From the NCBI GenBank assembly GCA_963711835.1, contig CAVQFQ010000007.1:1-64000 (forward strand): DNA of 64,000 nucleotides, written 5' to 3'. Below are positions 1 through 11,014 of the stretch, in pieces. Both the position numbers and the translations under genes were made by a program. Source of the DNA: an uncultured delta proteobacterium (GTDB lineage Bacteria; Desulfobacterota; RBG-13-43-22). Under the pieces are notes generated by a model. It did no database searches and was not told where the DNA came from. It saw only the letters and a list, made by a program, of their open reading frames with translations. Position 1 is the first letter of the stretch, and the number at the start of each line of letters is the position of its first letter.

Positions 1-273
1 GCACAAGAAGCGACCGTCGGCGACGCCGGCGCCGGCATTGCGCGCCGCTGCGGTACCGGCGTTCCGTTGGCTGAGCACCGTGATCCGCTCGTCGACCTCG
101 GCATAGCGTCGCGCGATCGCGGCGGTGCCGTCGATCGATCCATCGTCGACGATGATCATCTGCCAATCTGTCCGAGTCTGCGCCAGCACGGATTCGACCG
201 TCTCGGCGAGCGTTCGCGCGGCGTTACATGCCGCAGTGACGAACGTCACTGCGGGCTGTGTGCTAGTCGCCAC
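1..273 (-). CDS. Glycosyltransferase family 2 (N-terminal part; runs off window edge)
   Basis: Manual translation from GTG at 273 gives MATSTQPAVTFVTAACNAARTLAETVESVLAQTRTDWQMIIVDDGSIDGT...SQRNAGTAAARNAG, a typical GT-A/GT2 N-terminus. Not in the supplied ORF track. Confidence 0.85.
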   Translation of the reverse strand, partial: MATSTQPAVTFVTAACNAARTLAETVESVLAQTRTDWQMIIVDDGSIDGTAAIARRYAEVDERITVLSQRNAGTAAARNAGAGVADGRFLC

Positions 274-1135
274 CTTGGACCGGCATATGTCGGCGACGCG
301 TGGCGATCTGTCGTTTGAGAAGCTGCATCTTGGTAGTGGGCTGGGCATCGAATGCGAGGTCCTGGTCGATAGCGCCCACGAACCGCGCACCCATGAAACG
401 CGAGAACACGCCGATGGCACGCTGCAGTCTCAAGCTCCACGTGCTCTGCCTGATCAGTCCGTACTCCGCCCTTAGACTCTCGAAATCGGCATACATCATG
501 GGAAGTTGCGTCACCGACTTTCGACCTGGTTGTACCCGGTCGATGGCCAGCACCCGGTTGATGCGTACCGGCCTGCGCACGCGAGCCAAGCGCAGGAAGA
601 GCTCGTAGTCCATGGCGAAGTGAAGATCGGGGTCCACGAGCCGCCCTCTCACCGCGCTTCGCCTGATGAAGGCCGCAGGCTGAGCCACCGTGTTGTAGAG
701 CTTGAACCAGGGCTCCCAATATGGAGGCGACCAGATGATGTGCAGCACGAGGCCGTCTGCATTCACGTAGGCCACATGTCCGTATACCATGTCGACGTCG
801 GGATGGGACTCGAAGTAGTCCGCGACGATCTCGATCGTGCGCCGATCGAACAAGGCGTCGTCTGAGTTGATCCACCCGATGATCTCGCCCCGGCTCTCCG
901 CGAACGCCTTGTTCAGCGCGTCGGGCTGCCCCTTGTCCGGGTCGCTACGCCATCTCACCCGCGGATCCGCCTTCTCGAGGAGGGCGATCGTACCGTCGGT
1001 GGAACCACCGTCCATGACGATCTGCTCGATGTTCGGATAGGTCTGCGAGGCGACCGACCGCAGGTTGTCTGCGAGCCAACGCGCCTGATTGTACGAGGGG
1101 GTAAGCACCGACACCAGCGGCTTCGCGCTACCCAT
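263..1135 (-). CDS. Glycosyltransferase family 2
   Basis: PLVSVLTPSYNQARWL, DGGSTDGT, GQPDALNKAF and INSDD motifs. ATG at 1135 overlaps the stop of the upstream aminotransferase (TGATG). Confidence 0.9.
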   Translation of the reverse strand: MGSAKPLVSVLTPSYNQARWLADNLRSVASQTYPNIEQIVMDGGSTDGTIALLEKADPRVRWRSDPDKGQPDALNKAFAESRGEIIGWINSDDALFDRRTIEIVADYFESHPDVDMVYGHVAYVNADGLVLHIIWSPPYWEPWFKLYNTVAQPAAFIRRSAVRGRLVDPDLHFAMDYELFLRLARVRRPVRINRVLAIDRVQPGRKSVTQLPMMYADFESLRAEYGLIRQSTWSLRLQRAIGVFSRFMGARFVGAIDQDLAFDAQPTTKMQLLKRQIATRRRHMPVQGGD

Positions 1136-2232
1136 CAGACTTCGTCTCCGATCGCACTGCAGACATACTCGACCTCGGCATCGGTCATCTCGGGGAAACA
1201 CGGCAGACTCACGACGTCGCGGACCGCCGCCTCGGTGACCTCGAGCGTTCCGGCCCTCCAGGCGACGGCGGACAGCGCGGGCTGCTTGTGGTCGGGCGTG
1301 GGGTAGTGCACAGCCGTGTCGACGCCCGCCGCCGCGAGCCTCCTGCGGAACGCGTCGCGTTCCGGATGCAGCCCTACGCACAAATGGGCCACGAAGTCCG
1401 AGGCGGCCTCGTGGGCGATGTGGAGTCGAGTTCCGCGGGCGGCGTCCCGATATGCGGTCGCAATCTGACGACGGCGGTCGTTCCATTCATCCAAACGCTT
1501 CAGCTTGACGCACAAGATGGCGGCCTGTATCTCGTCCAGCCGGCTGTTTCGGCCGTGTGGGACGACAGCTTCGTATTTCGATCTCCATCCGTACTGACGC
1601 AGCGCGCGCAACTGTTCCGCGACGTCGTCGCGCGTGGTCACGACGGCTCCGCCGTCGCCCAGCGCCCCTAGGTTCTTCGTCGGGTAGAAGCTGAACGTGG
1701 CCAGATCGCCGAAGCTTCCGGCGCGCTTCCCGTACTTCTCAGCGCCGTGTGCCTGGGCACAGTCCTCGATGACGGCGACTCCGCGGTTGAGGCCGATCTG
1801 CAGCGCACCTTCAACGTCGGCCAGCTTGCCGTACAGATGGGTGACCACGATCGCCCGCGTTAGGGACGAGAGAAGGCCCTCCACTTGGGCAACGTCCATC
1901 TCCAGTGTCCCCGGGTCGACGTCCACGTACACAGGAGTCGCCCCCACCAGGATGCATGCCGCCGTGGTGTACATCCCCGCGTTGGCGACCGTCACGACCT
2001 CATCCCCCGGGCCGCACCCCACGGCCCGCAGGGCGATCTCGAGAGCGTCCGTCCCGTTGCCCACACCGACACAGTGTTCGACACCGCAGTATCGGGCGAA
2101 ATCGGCTTCGAACCCGTCGAGCTGGGGCCCGGCGAGAAACCAGCCGCTCTCGAGCACCGAGGCGACCGCGGTATCGATCGGGCCGCGCATCGAGGCCACG
2201 TGGCGTTTGAGATCGTTGAAGGGTACGTGCAC
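1135..2232 (-). CDS. DegT/DnrJ/EryC1/StrS family sugar aminotransferase
   Basis: [36 protein letters not shown] (PLP lysine) and [10 protein letters not shown] motifs. Probable GTG start at 2232. Confidence 0.93.
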   Translation of the reverse strand: MHVPFNDLKRHVASMRGPIDTAVASVLESGWFLAGPQLDGFEADFARYCGVEHCVGVGNGTDALEIALRAVGCGPGDEVVTVANAGMYTTAACILVGATPVYVDVDPGTLEMDVAQVEGLLSSLTRAIVVTHLYGKLADVEGALQIGLNRGVAVIEDCAQAHGAEKYGKRAGSFGDLATFSFYPTKNLGALGDGGAVVTTRDDVAEQLRALRQYGWRSKYEAVVPHGRNSRLDEIQAAILCVKLKRLDEWNDRRRQIATAYRDAARGTRLHIAHEAASDFVAHLCVGLHPERDAFRRRLAAAGVDTAVHYPTPDHKQPALSAVAWRAGTLEVTEAAVRDVVSLPCFPEMTDAEVEYVCSAIGDEV

Positions 2233-2345
2233 CGAGTGCCTTTCGCAGCCGTAGGTCCAGGCGGATACAATAACATCCGCGCTCCGATGGCTGACCACGA
2301 CCCCCGCGCATCGGCCCCCGCCCCTCTGCTAGAATCACGCCTGCC

Positions 2346-3344
2346 ATGCCGGTCGATCCCCACACCCGCATCTACCTCGCCGGTCATCGCGGTCTCGTGG
2401 GCGGCGCCATCCTGCGCGCTCTGCAGCGCCCGCGGATACGACAACCTGGTCCTGCGCACCCATGCGGAGCTCGACCTCACCGACCAGGCGGCCACCCGCG
2501 CGTTCTTCGCCGCTGAGCAGCCCGAACTGGTCATCCTGGCCGCGGCCCGTGTCGGCGGCATCCTCGCCAACAGCGAAGAGCCCTACGAGTTCATCCACGA
2601 CAACCTGGCCATCGAGCTCAACGTCATCGACGCCGCCTTCCGGCACGGCGTGCGGCGACTGCTGTTCCTGGGCAGCTCGTGCATCTACCCCAAGCTCGCC
2701 CCGCAACCGCTCAAGGAGGAGTACCTCCTCACCGGCCCGCTGGAAGAGACCAACCGCCCGTACGCACTGGCGAAGATCGCCGGCATCGAGATGTGCCGCA
2801 GTCTCAATCGCGAATACGGCACCGACTACCTGTCGCTCATGCCCACCAACCTGTACGGGCCGGGCGACAACTTCGACCTGCACACCAGCCACGTGCTGCC
2901 CGCGATGCTGCGCAAGTTCCACGAAGCCAAGGTGGGTGCGCCGGGGGAAGACGGAGTGGCCCGGCCTCCCCACTCCCCCGTGCAGCTCTGGGGCACGGGA
3001 ACGCCCCGCCGGGAGTTCCTCCACGTCGACGACGTGGCCGACGCCGCCGTCTATCTCATGGAGCATGCGACTGCGGCCGACATTCCCGACGGCCTGGTCA
3101 ACGTCGGCACGGGCCAGGATCTGACCATCCGCGAACTCGCCGAGATCGTCCAGCGCGTCGTCGGTCACCGGGGCGAGATCGTGTGGGACACGGACAAGCC
3201 CGACGGCACCCCCCGCAAGCTGCTCGACATCGGCCGGCTGAAGGCCCTGGGATGGACGCCCACGATCCCCCTCGAAGAGGGCATCCGCCGGACCTACGAC
3301 TGGTACGTGCAGCCAGCCCACGCCGCGACCGCGAGGCCGCATGA
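2346..3344 (+). CDS. fcl: GDP-L-fucose synthase (apparent frameshifts near 2430 and 3310)
   Basis: [22 protein letters not shown] in one frame, then [38 protein letters not shown] and [11 protein letters not shown] in another. The stop probably overlaps the gmd start (ATGA). Confidence 0.9.
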
Positions 3345-4333
3345 CCAAGACCGCCCTCATCACCGGCATCACCGGCCAGGACGGCGGCTACCTCGCCGCC
3401 CTGCTGCTCGACAAGGGCTACACGGTCCACGGCATGATCCGGCCCACTGCCGACATCGCCGGCAGCCGCATCGACACGCTCATCCACGCCCACCCGGGGC
3501 GCGTCCACCTGCACTACGCCGACCTCACCGACACCTCCAGCCTGGCGGCGCTCATGGACAAGAGCGAGCCCGACGAGGTGTACCACCTGGCCGGGCAGAG
3601 CCACATCCAGGTGAGCTTCGACCTGCCCGAGTACACCGGCGAGACCACCGCCCTCGGCACCCTGCGGCTGCTCGAAGTGATCCGCCGCCGCCACAAGCCG
3701 GTGCGCTTCTACCAGGCGGCCACCTCGGAGATCTTCGGCGAGCCCGAGGAGGTGCCTCAGACCGAGCACACCCCCTTCCGCCCGGTGAACCCCTACGCGG
3801 CCGCCAAGCTCTACGCCTTCTCGCTGGCCGGCGTCTACCGCCGCGCCTACGGCCTGCACGCCTCGAACGGCATCCTCTTCAACCACGAGAGCCCGTTCCG
3901 CGGCCCCAACTACGTGACCCGCAAGATCGCCCGAGCGGCGGCCGAGGCCGGCGCCGGGTCCACGGAGGGCGTCGCTCTGGGCAACCTGGAGGCCCGACGG
4001 GACTGGGGCTATGCCGGCGACTACGTCGAGGCCATGTACCTGATCGTGCAGGCCGACGAGGCCGACGACTACGTCATCGCCACCGGCGAGAGCCACTCCG
4101 TGCGCGAGTTCTGCGAGCGCGCCTTCGCCCGGGTGGGGCTCGACTATCGCGACCACGTGCACCAGGACCCGGCCTTCTTCCGGCCGGTGGACATCACCGA
4201 GACCCGGGGCGACGCCACCAAGGCCCGGGAACGCCTCGGCTGGACGCCGCGGGTGACCTTCGACCAGCTCGTCGACATGATGGTCGACGCGGAGATAGAA
4301 AGGATCGGCCACGATGGGCTAAGACCGCGCTGA
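3341..4333 (+). CDS. gmd: GDP-mannose 4,6-dehydratase (copy 1)
   Basis: [30 protein letters not shown] and [11 protein letters not shown] motifs. Confidence 0.92.
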   Translation: MTKTALITGITGQDGGYLAALLLDKGYTVHGMIRPTADIAGSRIDTLIHAHPGRVHLHYADLTDTSSLAALMDKSEPDEVYHLAGQSHIQVSFDLPEYTGETTALGTLRLLEVIRRRHKPVRFYQAATSEIFGEPEEVPQTEHTPFRPVNPYAAAKLYAFSLAGVYRRAYGLHASNGILFNHESPFRGPNYVTRKIARAAAEAGAGSTEGVALGNLEARRDWGYAGDYVEAMYLIVQADEADDYVIATGESHSVREFCERAFARVGLDYRDHVHQDPAFFRPVDITETRGDATKARERLGWTPRVTFDQLVDMMVDAEIERIGHDGLRPR

Positions 4334-5493
4334 TCACCGGCATCACCGGCCAGGACGGCGCCTACCTGGCCGAGCTCCTCCTGGGCAAGGGCTACACGCG
4401 TCCACGGCATCAAGCGCCGCGCCAGTCTCTTCAACACCCAGCGCGTGGACCATCTGTACGAGGATCCGCACATGCCCGGCGTGCGCTTCCACATGCACTA
4501 CGGCGACATGACCGACGCCACCAACCTGATCCGCATCGTCCAGGAGACCCAGCCGGACGAGATCTACAACCTGGCGGCGCAGTCGCACGTGCAGGTGAGC
4601 TTCGAGACCGCCGAGTACACGGCGAACGCGGACGCCCTCGGCACCCTGCGCCTGCTCGAGGCCATCCGCATCCTGGGCCTGGAGAAGAAGACCCGCTTCT
4701 ACCAAGCCTCGACCTCGGAGATGTTCGGACTCGTCCAGGAGGTGCCGCAGCGGGAGACCACGCCGTTCTATCCCCGCAGCCCGTACGCCGCCGCCAAAGT
4801 CTACGCGTATTGGATCTGCGTGAACTACCGCGAGGCCTACGGGCTCCACGTCTCGAACGGCATCCTGTTCAACCACGAGAGCCCGCTTCAGAGGCGAGAC
4901 CTTCGTCACCCGGAAGATCACCCGCGCCGCCGCCCGCATCGCCCTCGGACTGCAGGACGACCTCTACCTGGGCAACCTCGACTCGCTGCGCGACTGGGGC
5001 CACGCCCGCGACTTCTGCCGGGCGATGCACCTCATGCTGCAGCAGGACGAGCCCGACGACTACGTCATCGCCACCGGCGAGCAGCACTCGGTGCGGGAGT
5101 TCGTCTCGCGGGCGTTCGCCGAGATCGGGATCGTCCTGGCCTTCCAGGGAGCCGGCCTCGACGAGGTCGGCGTCATCGCCGATCTCGACCCCCAGCTACT
5201 CGCCCGGGCCCGCGACGACGAAGGCGCCGGAGCGCGGATGCCGAGCGACGCGCGACGTCGAGCCCCTCTCCCCCGGCCAGGTACTCGTGCGGGTCGATCC
5301 CCGCTACTTCCGCCCCACCGAAGTGACCACGCTGCTCGGCGACGCCACCAAGGCACGGCAGAGACTCGGATGGAGCCCGGTGGTCTCGTTCCCCGAACTC
5401 GTGCACGAGATGGTGTGGAGCGACGTGGACGAGGCCCGACAGGACATGGTCGTGAAGGCCGGTGGGTTCCGCGTGCGGGAGTCCCGCGAGTAG
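4314..5493 (+). CDS. gmd: GDP-mannose 4,6-dehydratase (copy 2, several apparent frameshifts)
   Basis: Segments in different frames: [65 protein letters not shown] and [18 protein letters not shown]. Confidence 0.88.
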
Positions 5494-5494
5494 G

Positions 5495-5710
5495 CTATCC
5501 GGCGCCGCCCGTCGGGAGTCTCGAGCACGATGTCGACCTCCACGCCGCTTTGGGTGCGGAAATGGTGCAGGGTCGCCGCCCGGCATCCTGGCGCGCCCGG
5601 CGTTGCGGGTACACATCGAGCACCTTCACCCCGCACTGGAACCGGCCACGATCATGGGACGAATCGAGAACCTCGATCCGATACCCGTCGTGATCATGCA
5701 GTGGGGGCAT
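5495..5710 (-). pseudogene. Truncated GNAT-family (TacT/AtaT-like) toxin joined to a fragment resembling a DUF4143 ATPase C-terminus
   Basis: [23 protein letters not shown]...ARQD is a GNAT toxin N-terminus. After ~5575 another frame reads [23 protein letters not shown]. Confidence 0.7.
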
Positions 5711-6025
5711 CTACCGCCCCAGCCACTCCCGGTGCCGCTCAAGAGCATTCACGAGTCGTTCGTTGGGTTCGGGCGGATTGAGGAGGGCGTCGACAAAAGC
5801 ACGGCTGTCGCGTGCCGACAGGGCGATCGTCTGGTGAAGCTGTATGACTTTGGCGGCCGCAGTCGCCAAACTAGCGGTGGCAAAGTCGGTCAACGAGGCG
5901 CCCTGGAGCGCAGCTGCTCTTTCGAGCAACTCCTTCTGTTCGGGCCTCAGACGTATCTCAAGGCGCGCGGTCTTCTGTCCACCGGCGGCAGGAGGCTGTG
6001 CACCAATAGCGTCGGCCAACGACAT
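5711..6025 (-). CDS. DUF1778 family (TacA/AtaR-like) RHH antitoxin
   Basis: KTARLEIRLRPEQKELLERAAALQGASLTDF...IALSARDSRAFVDALLNPPEPNERL. Directly upstream of the GNAT remnant. Start could also be 6043 or 6052. Confidence 0.88.
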   Translation of the reverse strand: MSLADAIGAQPPAAGGQKTARLEIRLRPEQKELLERAAALQGASLTDFATASLATAAAKVIQLHQTIALSARDSRAFVDALLNPPEPNERLVNALERHREWLGR

Positions 6026-6141
6026 GTCCTTCGGTTCCTCCATATGTGTCATTGTACGGCCATTGGCCGCACAACACCCGCGTCCGCGTAGGTGGGGGAA
6101 GAAGATAGTCGCGAACTGCCGGCGGCTCCATACGACAAAGG

Positions 6142-6494
6142 TCACAGGTTGGCGAGGCCCCCGCAAAAGGCCTGCCTCAGCGCATGTTCGACGGCGGCCG
6201 CGTCCCCGGCGCCAGCCGGCCCGCGACCCGGAGCACCAGGCGGTCGTCTAGTGTGAACACCTTCATTCTTACCACCGAGGGTTTCGGTAACCCCGCGGCC
6301 TCGAGGTCGATGACCGGGACGTCCAAAGGCCATGACGGGTTGGCCGCGCTCGTCACCATGGCCAGGATGCTATGCCCAACCCGCGCACCGAGCGCCCCGG
6401 GCTCCGAGAGCACCACTGCCGGGCGTCGACGCGTAGCCGCTCGATCGGCGAACGGAAAGGGGACGACCACCACCGAGAAGCACTCAGAGGTCAC
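6142..6494 (-). CDS. PemK/MazF family toxin (probable frameshift near the C-terminus, ~6205)
   Basis: VVVVPFPFADRAATRRRPAVVLS...MVTS...GLPKPSVVRMKVFTLD. The GTG start overlaps the antitoxin end. Confidence 0.85.
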
Positions 6495-6721
6495 GGTAGG
6501 CGTCCTCGTCGGCGGGCGAGAGCCACTCGCCCATGGTGCCCGACAGGGCGCGCGCGAACTCCCGGTCGAGAGGCTCGGCGCGCGCACTACACCCGGCCAC
6601 TCTCGACCACGAAGGCGATGCTGTCGCCCGCGCCCACCCCGAGACTCTCCCTCACCGGCTGCGGGATCGTGGCCTGATACTTGCTCGTGAGTCTGCTCAC
6701 GCTGATGCTCTCCTCATCCAC
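6484..6721 (-). CDS. AbrB/MazE family antitoxin (frameshift near 6588)
   Basis: SRLTSKYQATIPQPVRESLGVGAGDSIAF, then in a shifted frame AEPLDREFARALSGTMGEWLSPADEDAYRDL*. RBS GGGGAGG precedes the GTG. Confidence 0.85.
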
Positions 6722-7355
6722 GGCCACCTCCCCTGGTAGTACTACCTGCATTACTACCTGAGCGCCTGAGCGGGCACGTTCGACTCCGCCGCGCACGGAA
6801 CGCGCGTGCGGTCATCCGCCGGCAGGACGGTCGTCCGACCGAGCACCGCCGCCACACCCGCCACCCGACCACCAGCCCCAGCGCCGCCCCCACCAGGTCG
6901 AAGGCCACGTCGCGCGGAGAGCCCGTGCGTGAGGCAAGCGTACTCTGGTGCAACTCGTCCAGGATCGCCACCGCGCCGCAGAGAGGCAACGCGATGACGA
7001 CGACCGCCGGCAGCGCCGCGCCAGGCCCGCGAGGCGACGCGACGGCCGGCGGCCTGAGTGTCGCCTGAGCAGCCGGCGCCACCGACCGCAGAAACGCCCG
7101 TGCGGCCAGCGCCCCCAGCACGGCGTATTCGGCCACATGGGCCAGCTTGCGGACCCACCACGGCAGGAACGTCGAGGTGGCCGGGGAGGAAGAGGCCTCA
7201 GTCCCGAACAACCAGGGAAGCCACTCATGAAGCGCGCGCCACACCCAGACGTCGCTGTGCGTCTGCGCGCCGACCTCGCCCGACGTGAGGGCGATCACAC
7301 CCACCCAGACCACGACGGGGCCCCACAACCACACGACATGTAGCGTTCGACGCAT
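6714..7355 (-). CDS. VanZ family membrane protein
   Basis: RKLAHVAEYAVLG and LDELHQ...RTGSPRDVAFD motifs. The true C-terminus may be shorter. Confidence 0.8.
   Translation of the reverse strand: MRRTLHVVWLWGPVVVWVGVIALTSGEVGAQTHSDVWVWRALHEWLPWLFGTEASSSPATSTFLPWWVRKLAHVAEYAVLGALAARAFLRSVAPAAQATLRPPAVASPRGPGAALPAVVVIALPLCGAVAILDELHQSTLASRTGSPRDVAFDLVGAALGLVVGWRVWRRCSVGRPSCRRMTARAFRARRSRTCPLRRSGSNAGSTTRGGGRG
6735..6760 (-). promoter_or_regulatory. Putative autoregulatory operator of the AbrB-MazF operon
   Basis: Palindrome GGTAGTACTACC (6735-6746) plus direct repeat TACTACCTG (6740-6748, 6752-6760) just upstream of the antitoxin RBS. Confidence 0.45.
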
Positions 7356-7482
7356 GCGGGTAGTGTCGCACACGGCACGTTCGTCTGCCGGTGCCCAGAA
7401 CCGCCCATGGAGCGCCATCGTCGCAGTCGGCGTGGACTGATCGGCCGCACCGACCGCACCGCCTGATAGAATGGCGCCCACG

Positions 7483-8831
7483 ATGAACGACTCCAACCCG
7501 CACGCCGCCGACCTCCTGGAGCGCATCGCCGACCGCACGGCGACGGTGGGCATCATCGGGCAGGGCTACGTGGGACTGCCGCTGGCCCTGGTGTTCGTCG
7601 AGGCCGGCTTCCAGGTGGTGGGCTTCGACGTCGATCCCGAGAAGGTGGCCGCCCTGGAACGCGGGGAGAGCTACATCCGCCACATCGGGCCCGAACGGGT
7701 GGCGGCCGCCCGCGCGGTCGAGCACCCGTGCGGAGGCGCGGCCTTCACCGCCACCACCGACTTCTCCCGACTGGCCGCGTGCGACGCGATCGTCATCTGC
7801 GTGCCCACGCCCCTGGGCCGGCACCGCGAACCCGACCTCAGCTACGTGCACGGCACCGCCCGCGTCGTGGCCGAGCACCTGCGGCCGGGGCAGCTCGTGG
7901 TGCTGGAATCGACCACCTACCCGGGCACCACCGACGAAGAGGTGCAGCCCCTGCTCGAAGCGTCCGGCCTCCACACGCCCCAGGACTTCCTCCTGGCCTT
8001 CTCCCCCGAGCGGGAGGATCCGGGGAACCCCGACTTCTCCACCCGCACCATCCCCAAAGTGGTGGGAGGCGTGAATCCGGACTCCACCGACGTCGCCGCG
8101 GCCCTCTACCGCGCCGCGGTCGACCTGGTCGTGCCGGTGAGCAGCTCGCGGGTGGCCGAGGCGGCCAAGCTGCTCGAGAACATCTACCGTTCGGTGAACA
8201 TCGCCCTGGTGAACGAGCTGAAGATGGTGTTCGACCGCATGGACGTGGACATCTGGGAGGTCATCGAGGCCGCCAAGACCAAGCCCTTCGGGTATCAGCC
8301 GTTCTACCCCGGACCCGGCCTGGGCGGGCACTGCATCCCCCTCGACCCCTTCTACCTCACCTGGAAGGCCGCCGAGTACGGCCTGTGGACGCGCTTCATC
8401 GAGCTCGCCGGCGAGATCAACACCCGCATGCCCTCCTGGGTGGTGGACAAGGTGCGCGAGGCGCTCTCCGACGAGGGCCAGCAGCCTCAAGGGCGCCCGG
8501 GTGCTGGTGCTGGGCCTCTCCTACAAGGCCGACATCGACGACGACCGGGAATCCCCCACCTACGAGATCCTCGAGCTGCTCGAGGAGCGCGGGGCCGACC
8601 GTGGCCTACTGCGACCCCTACTTCCCCGAGGCCCGCCCCGGCCGACATCACGACGTCTGCCTGACCTCGGTGCCCCTGACCGCGGAGGAGTTCGGCCGCT
8701 ACGACTGCGTGGTGCTCTCCACCGCCCACCGAGAATTCGCCGACCCGGCGCTCTACGCCCAGACCCGGCTGGTCGTCGACACCCGGAATGTGGTGCGACC
8801 GGAGTGGGGACCGCGGGTGGTGCGGGGGTAG
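7483..8831 (+). CDS. UDP-glucose/GDP-mannose dehydrogenase family nucleotide-sugar dehydrogenase (WbpA/WecC-like; frameshifts near 8480 and 8600)
   Basis: [61 protein letters not shown] and VVDTRN motifs. Confidence 0.9.
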
Positions 8832-8834
8832 GGC

Positions 8835-10145
8835 TCAGGGAACACGCAGCGATTCCTGGGCGGCGTGGTTGATGGTGCTTAGTCGTCCCTGGGCATCGAC
8901 CGAAATGACCCCGGTGCCGATATTGGTCAGGACGATCTCCATATAATTCCGCCGCCGGTTGATTTCGTCGTTGCTCTTTCGGATTTCTTCGGTGGTCCGC
9001 TCGATTTCTTCCCGGCCTTTCTTCAGGTCCGCGGTCATTTTATTAAAGGAATTCACCAGCAGGCCGAATTCATCTTTAGCCTCCAGCTCAATGGAAAAGT
9101 TATAATCCCCATGGGCAATGCGAAAGGTTCCCTCGGCCAGTTTTTGGATGGGGATGGTAATCCCCTTGGCCAGATAGAAGCCGAACCAGGTGGCCGAAAA
9201 AAGGATCAACAAGGAAACGATGGAGAGAATAAGGAGATAAATAAATTTAATCGGGTTTTTCAGCATCTGCATCTGCCGGTAACCTTCAAGACCGGTTGAG
9301 ATGGCTTCCATTTTTTTTATCAACGATCTCGGGAAATAGGAGGCCACGACGACGGTGGCCAGGACTTTCCCGAAGGGATTAGGACTCAGGATGGGGACGG
9401 CGGCGATGAAAAAATCGCCTTCTCCGGTAGATTGAATATCGGTAGACCCTTTCGGGATGAGGCCTTTTTGGATAAAACTCAAAGGGGGTTCCTTAAAATA
9501 GGTGTGGTGGGGTTCCGGCGTAACGACCTGTAGCTTTTTCTCCAGGGTCGGCAAAAAAATCCCTATCCAGGCCAAACCATATTCCTTCCGCTTGTTTTGA
9601 ATGGTCTGAGCCGGAGGTCCGTTTTCCTTAAGATCGGTGAAATCCTGCTGGCTCAGGTCTTGGCTGATCTGTTGGGCATAAAGCAGGGTGGCCCGCTGGG
9701 AGGCCTGGTAGTAGGCCCGCCCGACATCCAGGGAATCCTGGAGCGATTTTTCAATATGGATATTAAACCAGTAATCCATCCCGGTAGCCATAAAGCCGTA
9801 GGCGATGAAAAAGAGCACGATGGTGGGGACAATGGAAAGGGTGATAAAGGCCAGAACCAGGCGGGTGCGGATTTTGGAACCCAGGATTTTACTTCGGCGG
9901 TCCGTCACCAACTTCAGGAGATTTCGGACCACCAAGAAAAACAGGAGCAGAAGCAAAATGATATTGATATTGATCAGGGCAAAAAGGATGACCCGTTGGG
10001 CCGTGGAAAAGGGAAAATCGGGCCGGAGCATGGTGGTTTCCCAGGCGGTGAGCCCGATGACCATCCCGATGGTAATGATGATCAGGAGACGTTCTCTTTT
10101 CCGCCGTTTTTGCTCTCGCAGTTCTTCTGAAGAAAGGGATTTCAT
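8835..10145 (-). CDS. NtrY-like membrane sensor kinase, truncated at the sequence junction (TM-HAMP-start of PAS only)
   Basis: N-terminal TM helices, [16 protein letters not shown] (PIQKLAEGT...[13 protein letters not shown]) and PAS start. No HisKA/HATPase domain before the GC shift. Confidence 0.85.
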   Translation of the reverse strand: MKSLSSEELREQKRRKRERLLIIITIGMVIGLTAWETTMLRPDFPFSTAQRVILFALININIILLLLLFFLVVRNLLKLVTDRRSKILGSKIRTRLVLAFITLSIVPTIVLFFIAYGFMATGMDYWFNIHIEKSLQDSLDVGRAYYQASQRATLLYAQQISQDLSQQDFTDLKENGPPAQTIQNKRKEYGLAWIGIFLPTLEKKLQVVTPEPHHTYFKEPPLSFIQKGLIPKGSTDIQSTGEGDFFIAAVPILSPNPFGKVLATVVVASYFPRSLIKKMEAISTGLEGYRQMQMLKNPIKFIYLLILSIVSLLILFSATWFGFYLAKGITIPIQKLAEGTFRIAHGDYNFSIELEAKDEFGLLVNSFNKMTADLKKGREEIERTTEEIRKSNDEINRRRNYMEIVLTNIGTGVISVDAQGRLSTINHAAQESLRVP

Positions 10146-10178
10146 GAATGAATCGGCGGCCAGGCCCGGAGGGTGGGG

Positions 10179-10763
10179 TTAATAGATGAAGTCGACCACA
10201 TACCAGTCGGTTTCAAAATCCCATAAGGAAAGAAAGAACAGGATGTAATGCAGGTAGAGAGGGAGCCTGACTTTATTCAGTTCGGCTTTTATCCGCAACT
10301 GGTATTGATTGTTTTTTTCCAGGGATTGAAGGACCATGACCTGGATATTGCTGACATCGGACATCATTTCCTGGGCTTTAGTAAAATCCTTGACCGTAAA
10401 GGTCTGGTTTCCCCGTTCGCTGAGGACGACGGAGAACTCTTCCCGCAGGGAATCATATCGGATGGTGTGATGCAACTTTAAGGCGGCGACGCGTTTGCTG
10501 GGCCAATACGCCTTGGGTTTAAATAGTTCGATCAGAAAGGTAAAGGTGGTGGGAATCCCATTAAGGATCGCTTTATTCATTTCGGGCGTAAAACAGCCTT
10601 TGGTATAGAAATAGACCAACAAATAGTCCTGGTTATTGGTGACAATAATATCTGAAATTTGAGCCTGTTTTGAAAAAACAGCCGGGGATAGAAAAAGAGA
10701 CAACAAGAAGAAAAGAAGGAAAACAAACCCCTTCGACCTTTTCGAGGGCATAAAACCTTTCAT
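10179..10763 (-). CDS. DUF4390 family exported protein
   Basis: Signal peptide, AILNGIPTTFTF...LHYILFFLSLWDFETDW, and the usual position upstream of an ntrY-like kinase. Confidence 0.75.
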   Translation of the reverse strand: MKGFMPSKRSKGFVFLLFFLLSLFLSPAVFSKQAQISDIIVTNNQDYLLVYFYTKGCFTPEMNKAILNGIPTTFTFLIELFKPKAYWPSKRVAALKLHHTIRYDSLREEFSVVLSERGNQTFTVKDFTKAQEMMSDVSNIQVMVLQSLEKNNQYQLRIKAELNKVRLPLYLHYILFFLSLWDFETDWYVVDFIY

Positions 10764-10822
10764 GAAAGGATTGTAACAAAACAGGGGAAAATTGCAAGGC
10801 CATTCGACCGGCCGGGGCGGAC

Positions 10823-10926
10823 TATCGTTTAAACGGGTTGGCCGCGGCGAATTATGGCTTGGTTAGGAGACCGGGGGTCTCCTCCCATTGCCTATCAGAG
10901 ATAGGATGATAGAACGTTTGAACGGA
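10823..10926. repeat. ~100-bp dispersed element with imperfect terminal inverted repeats, similar to 42366-42460
   Basis: Shares GGCGwATTATGGC, TATCAGArATA and AACrTTTGAACG blocks with the 42366-42460 copy. Confidence 0.55.
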
Positions 10927-11014
10927 ACCAAAAAAATTAGGAGGCTGGCTTGAATTTACGATGAGGAGGGCCGGTCCGGGTCGACCGGAAAGGAAGGTCC
11001 GGTTGAAAAAAGGG

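Noticed and set aside
1885-5493. 1202-aa ORF that looks like a giant Fcl-Gmd fusion
   Set aside because: It is a patchwork produced by frameshifts in high-GC DNA. Only parts match Fcl or Gmd, and the rest is off-frame Arg/Pro-rich text.
2346-8831. Many frameshifts as programmed recoding or mass pseudogenisation
   Set aside because: They are scattered single-base indels with catalytic motifs intact and no shared slippery motif. Low-accuracy sequence in this segment is the simpler explanation.
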